Shown here in pieces: positions 41,924-54,666 of a DNA stretch of 64,000 nucleotides; positions within the stretch are counted from its first letter, which is position 1; each line of letters starts with the position of its first letter. The position numbers and the translations under genes are program-made. Source of the stretch: an uncultured Eubacteriales bacterium (GTDB taxonomy: Bacteria > Bacillota > Clostridia > Oscillospirales > Acutalibacteraceae); assembly GCA_934457115.1 (NCBI GenBank), contig CAKSHI010000006.1, forward strand, positions 23,556 through 87,555. Reading direction: 5' to 3'. The notes beneath the pieces were generated by a model. The model worked only from the letters and a program-made list of their open reading frames with translations, did not search any database and was not told the origin of the DNA.

Positions 41924-43906
41924 ATGAATACTAAAAAAACTAATTATGGCAATGAAAGTATTTCATCACTAAAAGGAGCTGACAGGGTAAGAAAAAGACC
42001 CGCAGTTATTTTTGGATCGGATGGTATAGAAGGATGTACTCATTCTATCTTTGAAATACTCTCTAATTCTATAGATGAGGCCAGAGAAGGACATGGAAGT
42101 TTAATAAATGTTACTTATTTTGAGGATCACTCTGTTGAGATAGAGGATTTTGGAAGAGGAATACCAGTCGACTTTAATAATAACGAACAAAAATATAATT
42201 GGGAACTTGTCTTTTGCGAATTATATGCGGGTGGAAAGTATAATAATCAAGAAGCTCAAAGTTATGAATACTCTTTGGGCCTTAATGGATTAGGCCTTTG
42301 CTCTACTCAATATGCGTCTGAATATATGGATGTTGAGATAAAAAGGGATGGATTTAAATATTCTCTACATTTTGAACACGGTGAGAATATTGGGGGTCTA
42401 AAGAAAGAGCCATATAAAAAGAAGGATACCGGTACTAAAATTCGATGGAAGCCCGATTTACAAGTTTTTACTGATATAGCAGTTCCTTTGGAATCTTTCT
42501 TTGATATTATAAAGCGCCAGGCAATAGTAAACAAAGGCGTACATTTTATATTTAAATATCAAGAAAACGGTAAATTTGAGAAAAAAGAATTCTTTTATGA
42601 AAATGGTATAGTGGATCATGCAAAAGAGATAGCAGGGGAAGACAGTCTTACCCCTGTTCAATTTTGGCAACTTGAGAAAAAGGTCAGGGATAGAGCCGAT
42701 AAACCTGAGTATAAGACTAAAATTAATGCAGCAGTAGCATTTTCAAATAAGAATAGATCAATTGAATACTATCACAATTCAAGCTTTTTGGAACATGGTG
42801 GGGCTCCTGAAAAGGCTGTTAGAAATGCATTTGTTTCTCAAATAGATTCGTATCTAAAGCAAAATGGAAAGTACAATAAGAATGAGAGTAAGATTAATTT
42901 TGCAGATGTAGAGGATTGCCTTATAATTGTTATATCTTCATTTTCAAATGTTACTTCGTATGAAAACCAAACCAAAAAGGCTATTACCAATAAGGGTATA
43001 CAAGAAGCTATGACTGAGATGTTTAAGCATCATTTAGAAGTGTATTTTATAGAAAACCCTATGGATGCGGATAAAATCGCAAATCAAGTATTGATAAACA
43101 AACGAAGTAGAGAAGATGCCGAAAAGACCAGGCTTAATATAAAGAAAAAGCTTACAAGCAATATGGATATTACCAGCAGGGTTGCAAAGTTTGTGGACTG
43201 TAGGAGCAAGGACAAAGAAATAAAAGAACTTTTTATAGTGGAAGGTGACTCGGCTCTTGGTGCTTGTAAGCAAGCAAGAGACCCGGATTTCCAAGCTATA
43301 ATACCCATAAGAGGTAAAATATTAAACTGCCTTAAAGCAGACTTTAACCGCATATTTAAAAGTGAAATTATTACGGATTTAATTAAAGTCTTGGGCTGCG
43401 GGGTTGAGGTTAAGTCTAAATCGAATAAAGACCTGGCTTCTTTTGATTTAAACCTTTTAAGGTGGAATAAGGTTATAATTTGTACTGATGCCGATGTTGA
43501 CGGATTTCAAATAAGGACTCTTATACTCACTATGATATATAGGCTTACCCCAACTCTTATAAATGAGGGTAAGGTTTTTATTGCAGAGTCACCTCTTTAT
43601 GAAATTAATACGAAGTCTAATACCTATTTTGCATATACTGAAAAAGAAAAGGACGAGTTTATTAATCAAATAGGCAATGATAAGTATACTATTCAACGTT
43701 CAAAAGGGTTAGGTGAAAATGAACCTGAAATGATGAATATGACAACAATGAATCCTAAAACTCGCAGGCTCATTAAGGTTATGCCGACTGATATAGAGCA
43801 AACTGCAAATATGTTTGATATCTTGTTGGGTGATAATTTAAGCGGAAGAAAAGAGTACATTACTGAAAATGGACATCTTTATATCGATGCCGCTGATGTA
43901 AGCTAA
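41924..43906 (+). CDS. parE: Type IIA topoisomerase subunit B (ParE-like)
   Basis: GHKL ATPase N-terminus (LKGADRVRKRPAVIFGS), TOPRIM EGDSA, PIRGKILN, DADVDG. 660 aa. ParE versus GyrB was decided only by size and context. Confidence 0.8.
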   Translation: MNTKKTNYGNESISSLKGADRVRKRPAVIFGSDGIEGCTHSIFEILSNSIDEAREGHGSLINVTYFEDHSVEIEDFGRGIPVDFNNNEQKYNWELVFCELYAGGKYNNQEAQSYEYSLGLNGLGLCSTQYASEYMDVEIKRDGFKYSLHFEHGENIGGLKKEPYKKKDTGTKIRWKPDLQVFTDIAVPLESFFDIIKRQAIVNKGVHFIFKYQENGKFEKKEFFYENGIVDHAKEIAGEDSLTPVQFWQLEKKVRDRADKPEYKTKINAAVAFSNKNRSIEYYHNSSFLEHGGAPEKAVRNAFVSQIDSYLKQNGKYNKNESKINFADVEDCLIIVISSFSNVTSYENQTKKAITNKGIQEAMTEMFKHHLEVYFIENPMDADKIANQVLINKRSREDAEKTRLNIKKKLTSNMDITSRVAKFVDCRSKDKEIKELFIVEGDSALGACKQARDPDFQAIIPIRGKILNCLKADFNRIFKSEIITDLIKVLGCGVEVKSKSNKDLASFDLNLLRWNKVIICTDADVDGFQIRTLILTMIYRLTPTLINEGKVFIAESPLYEINTKSNTYFAYTEKEKDEFINQIGNDKYTIQRSKGLGENEPEMMNMTTMNPKTRRLIKVMPTDIEQTANMFDILLGDNLSGRKEYITENGHLYIDAADVS

Positions 43907-43994
43907 AGGACAATTAATTTCGTGAGGGTTAATTATAAATATGAATTAATTTATATTATGTAGGCAAAACTTGTTTTTGCTTACATAATAATTT

Positions 43995-46244
43995 TTGGAT
44001 GTGATAAATTTGGCTTCTAAGCGAAGAAATACAAATAAAAATAATAATCAAAAAATTGTGGGTGTAATAAACGGAGCCGGAAAAGTAGTTGAGCAAAAAA
44101 TTGTTACTACAATAAAAGAAAACTATATGCCGTATGCTATGAGCGTAATAATGTCCAGAGCTATACCTGAAATAGATGGGTTTAAACCTTCTCATAGAAA
44201 ATTGCTATACACTATGTATAAAATGGGTCTATTAAACGCACCAAGGACTAAATCTGCAAATATAGTAGGTCAAACGATGAAGCTTAATCCTCATGGAGAC
44301 AGTGCTATTTATGATACGATGGTAAGGTTAAGTAGAGGGTATGAGGCATTGTTGCACCCCTATGTGGATTCTAAGGGTAACTTTGGTAAGTACTATTCAA
44401 GGGATATGGCTTGGGCTGCTTCTAGATATACTGAGGCTAAGCTTGATGATATTTGCAATGAATTGTTTAAGGATATTGATAGGGATACGGTAGACTTTGT
44501 GGATAATTATGATAACACATTAAAAGAGCCTACTCTTTTACCTGCTACTTATCCTTCGATATTAGTCAATGCCAATACGGGAATTGCAGTTGGTATGGCA
44601 AGCTCTATTTGTCCGTTTAACTTGAGAGAGGTTTGCGATACTACAATTGAGCTTATAAAAAATCCCGAGCACAACATAATTTCAACCTTAATAGCCCCTG
44701 ATTTTCCGGGTGGAGGAAATATAATATATGATACTAAGGCTATAGAAAATATATACAAAACGGGAAAGGGTTCTATAAAGGTACGTGGAAGGTATGCTTA
44801 TGATAAGTTGGCTAATTGCATAGATATTACAAGTATCCCGCCGACTACAACGTCAGAAGCTATAATAGAAAAGGTTATAGAGCTTGTTAAACAAAATAAG
44901 GTAAAAGAAATTTCAGACATTAGGGATGAAACAGGTTTAGACGGATTAAAGATTACCATAGATTTAAAACGTAATACCAACCCTGATAAACTAATGCAAA
45001 AATTATTTAGATACACACCTTTAGAGGACAGTTTTTCCTGCAATTTTAATGTACTTATTTCAGGAACTCCAAGAGTGCTTGGGGTGAGAGAACTCCTAGA
45101 AGAATGGATAGCATTTAGAGTTGAATGTGTAAAAAGGCGAACTCATTTTGATCTAAAGAAAAAAGAGGATAAACTTCATCTTTTAGAGGGCCTTGAGAAA
45201 ATACTTTTAGATATAGATAGAGCTATAGAGATAATTAGAAAGACTGAAGAGGAAACAGAAGTAATCCCAAATCTTATGATAGGTTTTGGAATAGATGATA
45301 TCCAAGCCGAATATGTTGCAGAGATAAAACTTCGTCATTTGAATAGGGAGTATATTTTAAAGAGGACTAACGAAATAGACAGTCTAAAGAAAGACATAGA
45401 AGAACTAAAAAGTATATTATCCAATAATATTAAGATTAGGTCTATTATTATAAAAGAACTTATGGAAGTATCCAAGAAGTATTCTCAACCAAGAAAATCA
45501 ATGCTTATATACCCTGAGGATATCAATAAAGATGACATAGATGAGGTTGCAGATTATAATGTAAATTTATTTTTTACAAAAGAAGGCTATTTAAAGAAAA
45601 TCACTCCTCAATCGTTAAGAATGAGCAGTGAACAAAAACTAAAGTCAAATGATGAGATTACTCAAGTTATAGAAACTTCAAACAATACGGATCTTATTTT
45701 CTTTACTAATAAATTTGTGGCATATAAGGCTAAGTTATCAGATTTTTCAGATACTAAGGCAAGTGTGTTAGGTGAATATGTACCTGCTAAAATTTCCCTA
45801 GATGAAGACGAGTATATTATATATATGGTAAATACCAAGGATTATGATGGTAACATTTTGTTCTTCTTTGAAAACGGTAAAGTAGCTAAGGTTCCATTAA
45901 AATCATATGAGACCAAGACTAATAGAAAAAGACTTTTAAATGCATATTCGGATAAATCACCAATATCAAGCATTATATTCTCTAAGGAAGATAAAGAATA
46001 TCTTTTAACTTCAACTTCGGGAAGACAGCTTCTAATACATTCCGGAATGATTCAACCAAAAACAACAAAAAGTACTCAAGGTATATCGGTTATGAATTTA
46101 AAAAAAGGGCATAGACTAATAAAGGCGGAAGAATTTATAGAGGGAAAATTAATAAACCCTAATAGATACCGTACTAAAAATATTCCGGCTTTAGGAGCTT
46201 TACCTAAAAAAGAGGATCCTATTGGAGAGCAACTAAAGCTATAA
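43995..46244 (+). CDS. parC: Type IIA topoisomerase subunit A (ParC-like)
   Basis: YMPYAMSVIMSRAIPEIDGFKPSHRKLLYTM, AASRYTE (active-site Tyr). 749 aa. No GyrA-box (QRRGGKG-like) seen in the C-terminal domain. Confidence 0.8.
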   Translation: MDVINLASKRRNTNKNNNQKIVGVINGAGKVVEQKIVTTIKENYMPYAMSVIMSRAIPEIDGFKPSHRKLLYTMYKMGLLNAPRTKSANIVGQTMKLNPHGDSAIYDTMVRLSRGYEALLHPYVDSKGNFGKYYSRDMAWAASRYTEAKLDDICNELFKDIDRDTVDFVDNYDNTLKEPTLLPATYPSILVNANTGIAVGMASSICPFNLREVCDTTIELIKNPEHNIISTLIAPDFPGGGNIIYDTKAIENIYKTGKGSIKVRGRYAYDKLANCIDITSIPPTTTSEAIIEKVIELVKQNKVKEISDIRDETGLDGLKITIDLKRNTNPDKLMQKLFRYTPLEDSFSCNFNVLISGTPRVLGVRELLEEWIAFRVECVKRRTHFDLKKKEDKLHLLEGLEKILLDIDRAIEIIRKTEEETEVIPNLMIGFGIDDIQAEYVAEIKLRHLNREYILKRTNEIDSLKKDIEELKSILSNNIKIRSIIIKELMEVSKKYSQPRKSMLIYPEDINKDDIDEVADYNVNLFFTKEGYLKKITPQSLRMSSEQKLKSNDEITQVIETSNNTDLIFFTNKFVAYKAKLSDFSDTKASVLGEYVPAKISLDEDEYIIYMVNTKDYDGNILFFFENGKVAKVPLKSYETKTNRKRLLNAYSDKSPISSIIFSKEDKEYLLTSTSGRQLLIHSGMIQPKTTKSTQGISVMNLKKGHRLIKAEEFIEGKLINPNRYRTKNIPALGALPKKEDPIGEQLKL

Positions 46245-46260
46245 AGATAGGTGATATCCG

Positions 46261-47073
46261 ATGGAGAAGAAAAATGCTGCGAGTAATATACTAAAAGGTC
46301 TTGTTATTGGTTCTGCAATGCTTATACCAGGTGTAAGCGGTGGAACCACTGCTATAATTTTGGATGTATATGATGATCTTATATCGTCTATAAGTTCGTT
46401 TTTTAAGGAGACTAAAAAGAGTTTATATACCCTTATTACGGTTGGAATAGGTGCTGTTTTGGGCATACTCCTTTTTTCAAGAGCGATACTTTATGTTACA
46501 AACAAATTTTATGTACCAATGATGTTTTTGTTTTTAGGGGCGGTATTGGGCAGTGTTCCAATGCTTTACAAAAAGGCTGACATCAAAAAGTTTAATGCGG
46601 GATTAATAATATATCCCTTAATAGGGGCAGCGTGTGTGTACTTATTGGAGCTTATACCTAAGGATTCACTCAAGATACCCGTAGGGGCCGGATTTTACTC
46701 ATATTTGATTGTAATTTTAGCGGGCATTGTTCTATCTATAGGTCTGGTTTTGCCGGGAATTAGTGTATCTTATATGCTTTTAATTTTAGGAATTTATGAG
46801 ACAACACTTTCATCAATAGAAAATATGCAGTATATGTTTTTGTTATCGCTACTTTTTGGAGTAGCATTGGGTGTAGTGCTTACGACAAAATTATTAGAAT
46901 ACACAATGAAGATGTATCCTTCACAAACATATCTCTTGATAATAGGATTTGTATTGGCATCGCTAAAAGAGGTATTCCCGGGGATTCCTTACGGTATGGA
47001 TATTGTTAGCAGCCTTATTACACTAATTGCAGGCTTTAGCGCAGTGTTTTACCTATCTAAAATATCGGATTAA
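46261..47073 (+). CDS. DUF368-family membrane protein (polyprenyl-phosphate translocase family)
   Basis: GLVIGSAMLIPGVSGGTTAIIL and a second LVLPGISVSYMLLILG half, the duplicated PG(V/I)SG motif characteristic of DUF368. Confidence 0.8.
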   Translation: MEKKNAASNILKGLVIGSAMLIPGVSGGTTAIILDVYDDLISSISSFFKETKKSLYTLITVGIGAVLGILLFSRAILYVTNKFYVPMMFLFLGAVLGSVPMLYKKADIKKFNAGLIIYPLIGAACVYLLELIPKDSLKIPVGAGFYSYLIVILAGIVLSIGLVLPGISVSYMLLILGIYETTLSSIENMQYMFLLSLLFGVALGVVLTTKLLEYTMKMYPSQTYLLIIGFVLASLKEVFPGIPYGMDIVSSLITLIAGFSAVFYLSKISD

Positions 47074-47142
47074 TAATATGTTTAAAAATTATGGTAAATA
47101 AGTTATAATATATACTATCAAATATTGAATAGGTGTATTATT

Positions 47143-47646
47143 ATGGATAATAAATTATCTCATGAAAGAATTTTAATATGTGTGGCATTGATAGCTTGTG
47201 CGTGTGTTATTGGTTATAATGCATTTTTCACACCAAAGGTCAGTGTGCCAACAGTAATTTACACAGACCAAGACAATCTAACTTCCGAAGATGAAGAGTA
47301 TAGTCCTCAGGCTGTGCCGGCCATGGCTGAGGAAGACTCATCTGCAGCTTCTGTCGATGCTGATACTTCATCATCTGAGGCTTCTGTCAATGATGATGCT
47401 TCTTCTGCAGTTAGCAGTGTACCAAGCAGTTCTGCGACAAACTCGTCAGGGCTAATTAATATAAATACCGCGAGTGCTGAAGAGCTAGAAGAAAACTTAC
47501 CTAGAGTTGGCAATGTAATTGCAGCAAGAATCATTGATTATAGAGAATTTCATGGTGGATTTAAATCGATAGATGAGATTACGGAAGTTTCAGGCATAGG
47601 TGACAAGATCTTTGAAGAAATTAAGGATAAAATTTGTGTTAATTAA
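47143..47646 (+). CDS. comEA: ComEA-type helix-hairpin-helix DNA-binding protein with Ser/Asp/Ala-rich linker
   Basis: N-terminal TM helix. C-terminal ININTASAEELEENLPRVGNVIAARIIDYREFHGGFKSIDEITEVSGIGDKIFEEIKD. The ATG at 47143 lies 7 nt after AGGTG. Confidence 0.85.
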   Translation: MDNKLSHERILICVALIACACVIGYNAFFTPKVSVPTVIYTDQDNLTSEDEEYSPQAVPAMAEEDSSAASVDADTSSSEASVNDDASSAVSSVPSSSATNSSGLININTASAEELEENLPRVGNVIAARIIDYREFHGGFKSIDEITEVSGIGDKIFEEIKDKICVN

Positions 47647-47716
47647 TTTAAAATAACTTTTGTTATAAGGTTATATAAAAAGGTGTAAATTCCTTTTTAT
47701 AACTTGAAAGACTGAT

Positions 47717-47750
47717 AAAAAGCCCCCGACTAATATCGGGGGCTAATTTT
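47717..47750. terminator. Bidirectional intrinsic terminator between convergent comEA and tdk
   Basis: agcccccga (47721-47729) pairs with tcgggggct (47736-47744), flanked by aaaa and aatttta. Confidence 0.8.
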
Positions 47751-48312
47751 ATTGTTTTTTATAATCTTTAATATAACATTTATAGCACATTGCGGTGTAT
47801 TTATCATTGCCGCCTATATCTATTTGGTTACCGCTATAAACGATTTTACCGTTTTGAATCCTAGCGTTCATAATAGCTTTTTTACCACAATGGCACATAG
47901 ATGGGATTTCTCTTATTGTATCTGCAAGCTCTATAATTCGCTTGCTTCCTTCAAATAACTTACCCATATAGTCTGTTTTTAATCCATAACACATTACCAT
48001 TATGCCTTCAAGTGTTAGATTTCTAAGTTCGTTTACTTGAGAAACACTTAAAAATTGGGCCTCGTCGACTATTATTATATCTATGTTTTCATGACCCTTT
48101 AGAAGGTCATTTATTGATTCTTCAGGATTTATTAGTAAGGCATCGCAAGAGATTCCCACCCTTGATTTAAGTAGGGTTTTACCGTCTCTTGTATCTATAC
48201 TTGGTTTAATAAGGATAACTTTTTTACCGTGTTCTTCAAAACTAAATTTTTTCATTAGTGCATTTGCGGTTTTGCTTGAGCCCATTACCCCATAATAATA
48301 ATACATTTTCAT
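47749..48312 (-). CDS. tdk: Thymidine kinase
   Basis: YYYGVMGSSKTANALM (P-loop), IIVDEAQF, C-terminal CHCGKKA...MCYKC zinc ribbon. Confidence 0.9.
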   Translation of the reverse strand: MKMYYYYGVMGSSKTANALMKKFSFEEHGKKVILIKPSIDTRDGKTLLKSRVGISCDALLINPEESINDLLKGHENIDIIIVDEAQFLSVSQVNELRNLTLEGIMVMCYGLKTDYMGKLFEGSKRIIELADTIREIPSMCHCGKKAIMNARIQNGKIVYSGNQIDIGGNDKYTAMCYKCYIKDYKKQ

Positions 48313-48326
48313 TTTTAATTCCTACT

Positions 48327-48782
48327 TTATATAGCTTTTTTTATTGCGTTAATTACCTCTGATTCCGAGGCGGTATCTACGAGGATTGATATTTGTACTT
48401 CAGACGTTGTTATAAGTCTTAAATCCGTATTTACTAAGGAGATTGCCTTAAAAACTTTAGATGCAAATCCCGGAGAATTTTCCATAGATCCATCAAGTAT
48501 AGAAATTTTACAATTGCCACTGCAAACGGTAAATTTTATATCTCCTTGTTTTTTCAATTTAGAAGCATATTTTAGTATACCCGGCAGATCTTCATCCTTT
48601 ATCGTAAATGAAATACAAGTGGACTCTTGTTGAGAAGGGGATAATGATATCATATCGACATCTATGCCTAATGCTCCTATTTCTTCAAACATACTCGATA
48701 GTATGCTTAGATCATATTCAATATTTTTAAATGTGACCAAAGTTATATCTTCAACTATATTTATAGATTGTTTATTCTCCAT
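48327..48782 (-). CDS. Stand-alone ACT-domain protein (aspartokinase regulatory-domain-like)
   Basis: 151 aa with a two-ACT-like beta-alpha-beta-beta-alpha-beta pattern. Located in the dap operon directly after dapB. Confidence 0.6.
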   Translation of the reverse strand: MENKQSINIVEDITLVTFKNIEYDLSILSSMFEEIGALGIDVDMISLSPSQQESTCISFTIKDEDLPGILKYASKLKKQGDIKFTVCSGNCKISILDGSMENSPGFASKVFKAISLVNTDLRLITTSEVQISILVDTASESEVINAIKKAI

Positions 48783-48794
48783 AGAAAAAACTCC

Positions 48795-49553
48795 TTATTT
48801 ACCGGAAAGTAAATCAGACATATCATAAAGGCCGGGAGCCTTAGAAACCATGTATTTTGCGGCGTTTATGGAGCCGACAGCAAATATTTCTTTAGATTGA
48901 GCGGAGTGTGATATAGTAAAAAGTTCATCGTGGGAAGCAAAAATAACTTCGTGTTCACCAACGATGGTTCCGCCCCTGACAGAATGGATACCTATCTCAT
49001 TTTTACTTCTTGGTTTTCTATATGAATGGCGGTCGTATACATATTGAATATTATCATCTAAAACTGATGAGATAGCGTCTGCTATCATGAGTGCAGTACC
49101 GCTTGGAGCATCAATTTTTTGATTGTGATGTTTTTCTATTATTTCAATATCGGCAGACTTGCCAAAGACTTTTGTAGCTTGTTTTGCAAGTTCTATAATT
49201 AAGTTTATTCCTAAAGACATATTACCTGAATAGAAAATAGGAAATTTGCGTGATGCGTTATGTATATTTTCTATTTCTTGTTTTGAAAATCCTGTTGTAC
49301 ATAAGACAAGAGGCATATTTTTTAATGAGCAGTACTCAATGAGTCCGGGCAACGCCGAAGGATTTGAAAAATCTATAATTACATCTGCAGCTACATCTAT
49401 GTCTAATGCTGTTTTGTATATAGGAAATTCAGCATTTGAGTCTTGATAAACATCAATTCCTCCAACGACTTTACATTCAGGCATATCTTTTATACATTCT
49501 ATTATTATACGGCCCATTTTTCCAAAGCAGCCGCTTACTATTATTCTTGTCAT
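48795..49553 (-). CDS. dapB: 4-hydroxy-tetrahydrodipicolinate reductase
   Basis: IIVSGCFGKMGR..., EKHHNQKIDAPSGTAL, HSVRGG. Confidence 0.93.
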   Translation of the reverse strand: MTRIIVSGCFGKMGRIIIECIKDMPECKVVGGIDVYQDSNAEFPIYKTALDIDVAADVIIDFSNPSALPGLIEYCSLKNMPLVLCTTGFSKQEIENIHNASRKFPIFYSGNMSLGINLIIELAKQATKVFGKSADIEIIEKHHNQKIDAPSGTALMIADAISSVLDDNIQYVYDRHSYRKPRSKNEIGIHSVRGGTIVGEHEVIFASHDELFTISHSAQSKEIFAVGSINAAKYMVSKAPGLYDMSDLLSGK

Positions 49554-49573
49554 TTTATTTCCTTCTTTTTAGT

Positions 49574-50464
49574 TTATCCAATAAGTTTATATTCTTTTAA
49601 AACTTCCTTTAGTTTTAATATTTTATCTTGAGGCATTTTATCGAGAGGTAGTCGGCACTCACCGCAATTAAAACCTAATAGATTCATAGTTTCTTTTACG
49701 GGTATAGGGTTTACATCGCAAAACATGATATTCATGAGTTTTAGATATTTAAGTTGTAGTTGAGAGCCTTTCTTAAAGTTACCATCTAAACAGCTTTGTG
49801 TAAGCTCGTGAGATTCATTGGGGCATATATTTGCAAATACTGAAATTACTCCTATTCCTCCCAAGGCCATAATAGCGGCAGTTTGGTCATCGTTACCTGA
49901 ATAGATATTAAGATTATCACCGCATAGAGAGATAGTTTCAGCGACAGAGCTTATATCACCATTTGCCTCTTTGGCTGCGACTATGTTTGGATGCTTAGAA
50001 AGTTCAAGATAAGTTTGAGGTTTAATATTAACCCCTGTTCTTGATGGCACATTATATAATATTATTGGTATATCTACGGCGTCTGCAATAGCATTGTAAT
50101 GGCGAATTAGGCCGTTTTGAGATGTTTTGTTATAATAGGGTGTTACAGCTAGGAGCCCGTCTACACCAAACCTTTGAGCTTCTTTGGATAATTCTATGGC
50201 ATATTTAGTATCGTTACTGCCGGTCCCTGCTATTACCGGTATTCTCTTATTTACCTTTTCTACTGCAAATTTAATGACTTCACAATGTTCTTCATGGGAA
50301 AGCGTAGCTGATTCACCCGTTGTCCCGCAGATTATTAGTGCGTTTGTATTATTTTTAATTTGGTATTCTATAAGATTTCCAAGAGCTTCGTAATTAACAG
50401 ACCCGTCTTCATTCATAGGTGTAACCAATGCAACACCCGAACCTTTAAATATAGTTTTTTTCAT
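49574..50464 (-). CDS. dapA: 4-hydroxy-tetrahydrodipicolinate synthase
   Basis: GSGVALVTPM, ICGTTGES, YNVPSRTG, AAKEA (Schiff-base Lys). Start at MKKTIFKG, with GGAGG upstream. Confidence 0.93.
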   Translation of the reverse strand: MKKTIFKGSGVALVTPMNEDGSVNYEALGNLIEYQIKNNTNALIICGTTGESATLSHEEHCEVIKFAVEKVNKRIPVIAGTGSNDTKYAIELSKEAQRFGVDGLLAVTPYYNKTSQNGLIRHYNAIADAVDIPIILYNVPSRTGVNIKPQTYLELSKHPNIVAAKEANGDISSVAETISLCGDNLNIYSGNDDQTAAIMALGGIGVISVFANICPNESHELTQSCLDGNFKKGSQLQLKYLKLMNIMFCDVNPIPVKETMNLLGFNCGECRLPLDKMPQDKILKLKEVLKEYKLIG

Positions 50465-50482
50465 AAAATCCTCCAATAATTA

Positions 50483-51562
50483 TTATTTAATATAGCCTTC
50501 GGCACAAAGTAATTCTGCCATTAGCACAGCACCGCCTGCGGCACCTCTTATGGTGTTGTGTGACATACATACAAATTTATAGTCGTATTGAGAATCCTCT
50601 CTAAGTCTTCCTATCGAGATAGCCATGCCATTTTCAAGATTTCTTTGAGATTTTATTTGAGGCATATTATCCTCTCTAAAATAATGTAAAAATTGTTTTG
50701 GTGCACTTGGTAAATTTAACTCTTGGGGTCTGCCCTTGTAACTTTCCCATCTGCTTATAATTTCATCTTTAGAAATTTTTTGTCCTAAGGACATAAATAC
50801 CGCCGCAGTATGGCCATTGCTTACAGGAACCCTGAAACATTGAGCGGTTATATTTGGAGAAGAAGCATTTACAATCTTGTTTCCTTCTATATGTCCCCAG
50901 ATTTTAAGAGGTTCTTTTTCAGACTTTTCTTCCTCTCCACCTATATAAGGGATAAGATTATCACACATTTCAGGCCAAGTTTTAAAGGTTTTTCCTGCCC
51001 CTGAAATTGCTTGATATGTGCAAGTTAATACTGATTGTATTGAAAGATCTATAAGAGGGTGAAGCGCAGGCACATAGCTTTGAAGCGAACAGTTTGATTT
51101 TACTGCTATGAAGCCCTTTGTAGTGTTAAGTCTTTTTCTTTGAGCATCGATTATTCTCATGTGTTCCCAGTTAATTTCAGGGATTATCATTGGGACATCG
51201 TCAGTAAATCTATGTGCACTGTTGTTGGACATAACAGGACATTCTTTTTTAGCATAGCTTTCTTCAAGATCTTTTATTTGTTGCTTTTCCATATCCAATG
51301 CCGAAAAAACAAAGTCAACATTGGAAACTATAGTATCTATATCGTTTACGGCGTCATATACCTGCATATTCTTTATTTTTTCTGGAATAGGAGTATCCAT
51401 AGCCCATCTATTGTTTAGGGCTTCGTTATAGGTTTTACCTTTAGACCTAAAGCTTGCAGCCAATACTGTTATTTCAAACCAAGGATGATTTGAAAGTAAG
51501 GTTATAAACCTTTGACCAACCATTCCTGTCGCACCTAATATACCTACGTTATACTTTTTCAA
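50483..51562 (-). CDS. asd: Aspartate-semialdehyde dehydrogenase
   Basis: VGILGATGMVGQRF, SNCSLQ (active-site Cys), 359 aa. Confidence 0.92.
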   Translation of the reverse strand: MKKYNVGILGATGMVGQRFITLLSNHPWFEITVLAASFRSKGKTYNEALNNRWAMDTPIPEKIKNMQVYDAVNDIDTIVSNVDFVFSALDMEKQQIKDLEESYAKKECPVMSNNSAHRFTDDVPMIIPEINWEHMRIIDAQRKRLNTTKGFIAVKSNCSLQSYVPALHPLIDLSIQSVLTCTYQAISGAGKTFKTWPEMCDNLIPYIGGEEEKSEKEPLKIWGHIEGNKIVNASSPNITAQCFRVPVSNGHTAAVFMSLGQKISKDEIISRWESYKGRPQELNLPSAPKQFLHYFREDNMPQIKSQRNLENGMAISIGRLREDSQYDYKFVCMSHNTIRGAAGGAVLMAELLCAEGYIK

Positions 51563-51738
51563 ATGTAATCGCCCCCAAAAAGTTGAAAATATATATCAAA
51601 TAAAATATAATAAAAAGAGTATGATAAAGGTAAATCTCTATATTATATGTATTTTCATTTAACTTTAAATATATCATCATTTAAAAGCTATGTCAATTTA
51701 AATATATACTATAGATATTAATAACTAGGAGATATAAT

Positions 51739-53909
<2,171 letters not shown>

Positions 53910-54018
53910 GTTTATTTGTATAAAGTTATTGATTTTAATGTTTTAATATAGCAGCTTGAATAATATCCTAATTTTTGGCAAAACTACTATATATACGGGT
54001 GAAAATACCTCACGTATG

Positions 54019-54047
54019 TTGAATTGTTCAAATTTTTAACTTATAAT
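54019..54047 (+). promoter_or_regulatory. Sigma-A-type promoter of the XRE regulator gene, with a small palindrome over the -35
   Basis: TTGAAT (54019-54024), 17-nt spacer, TATAAT (54042-54047). TTGAA-TTG-TTCAA palindrome at 54019-54031. Confidence 0.55.
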
Positions 54048-54082
54048 TTATATAGTACAATTTTTGTAAAGAAGGTGTGGAC

Positions 54083-54493
54083 ATGCTATCAATAACCCTA
54101 AAAAAGCTTCGAGAAAATTGTGGCTATACTCAGCAACAAATTGCAGAAGCCTTAAATATCGACAGATCAACTTATGCATACTATGAATCGGGAAAGACAA
54201 CTCCTGATATTAATACAATAATCAAACTATCAAAGATTTTTAATGTCCCATACACTGAAATATTCGAAAATGAGGAAAATTGCACAATTTCTAGTGTGAG
54301 CGATGTCCAATCTGAAGAAGATGAGTTTTCGAGTCAATTTGGAAGAAAACAAAATACGCATATTTACGAACTTTCTAAGAAAGAGCAGCAAATTATAATA
54401 GGATTTAGATTATTATCAAAGCCATTACAAGATGAAGTTCTTGATGTGATTTATTGTAAGGCAAAAAATCTGTCTAAGAAAAAGAAACAATAA
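54083..54493 (+). CDS. XRE-family helix-turn-helix transcriptional regulator
   Basis: LKKLRENCGYTQQQIAEALNIDRSTYAYYESGKTTPDINTIIKLSKIF is a canonical Cro/C1 HTH. The ATG at 54083 lies 7 nt after GAAGG. The track GTG at 54077 is too close to the SD. Confidence 0.88.
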   Translation: MLSITLKKLRENCGYTQQQIAEALNIDRSTYAYYESGKTTPDINTIIKLSKIFNVPYTEIFENEENCTISSVSDVQSEEDEFSSQFGRKQNTHIYELSKKEQQIIIGFRLLSKPLQDEVLDVIYCKAKNLSKKKKQ

Positions 54494-54499
54494 AAATTC

Positions 54500-54538
54500 A
54501 AACTGCATTATCTATTTTAAAGGTAATGCAGTTTTTTT
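54500..54538 (+). terminator. Intrinsic terminator after the XRE gene
   Basis: aaactgcatta (54500-54510) pairs with taatgcagttt (54524-54534), followed by ttttat. Confidence 0.75.
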
Positions 54539-54598
54539 ATTTTAGTTTATTTGAAAAATTTAAAATAATGAGATGATTTTTTGTTATGTTGCAAAATT

Positions 54599-54607
54599 TG
54601 ATATAAT
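54599..54607 (+). promoter_or_regulatory. Extended -10 promoter element (TGaTATAAT) upstream of the small repeat-protein gene
   Basis: tgatataat at 54599-54607. It is immediately followed by a perfect 9-bp inverted repeat ATTGTATAT-N6-ATATACAAT (54608-54631). Confidence 0.45.
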
Positions 54608-54666
54608 ATTGTATATTATTATATATACAATTGTTTTCATATTAATATTTTTAAGGGGTGTTACAT

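Noticed and set aside
51563-51738. Looked for a lysine (L-box) riboswitch upstream of the asd-dapA-dapB operon (minus strand).
   Set aside because: Only ~175 nt of very AT-rich DNA lies there, shared with the divergent queA promoter. No GAGGCGC-type conserved L-box helices are visible.
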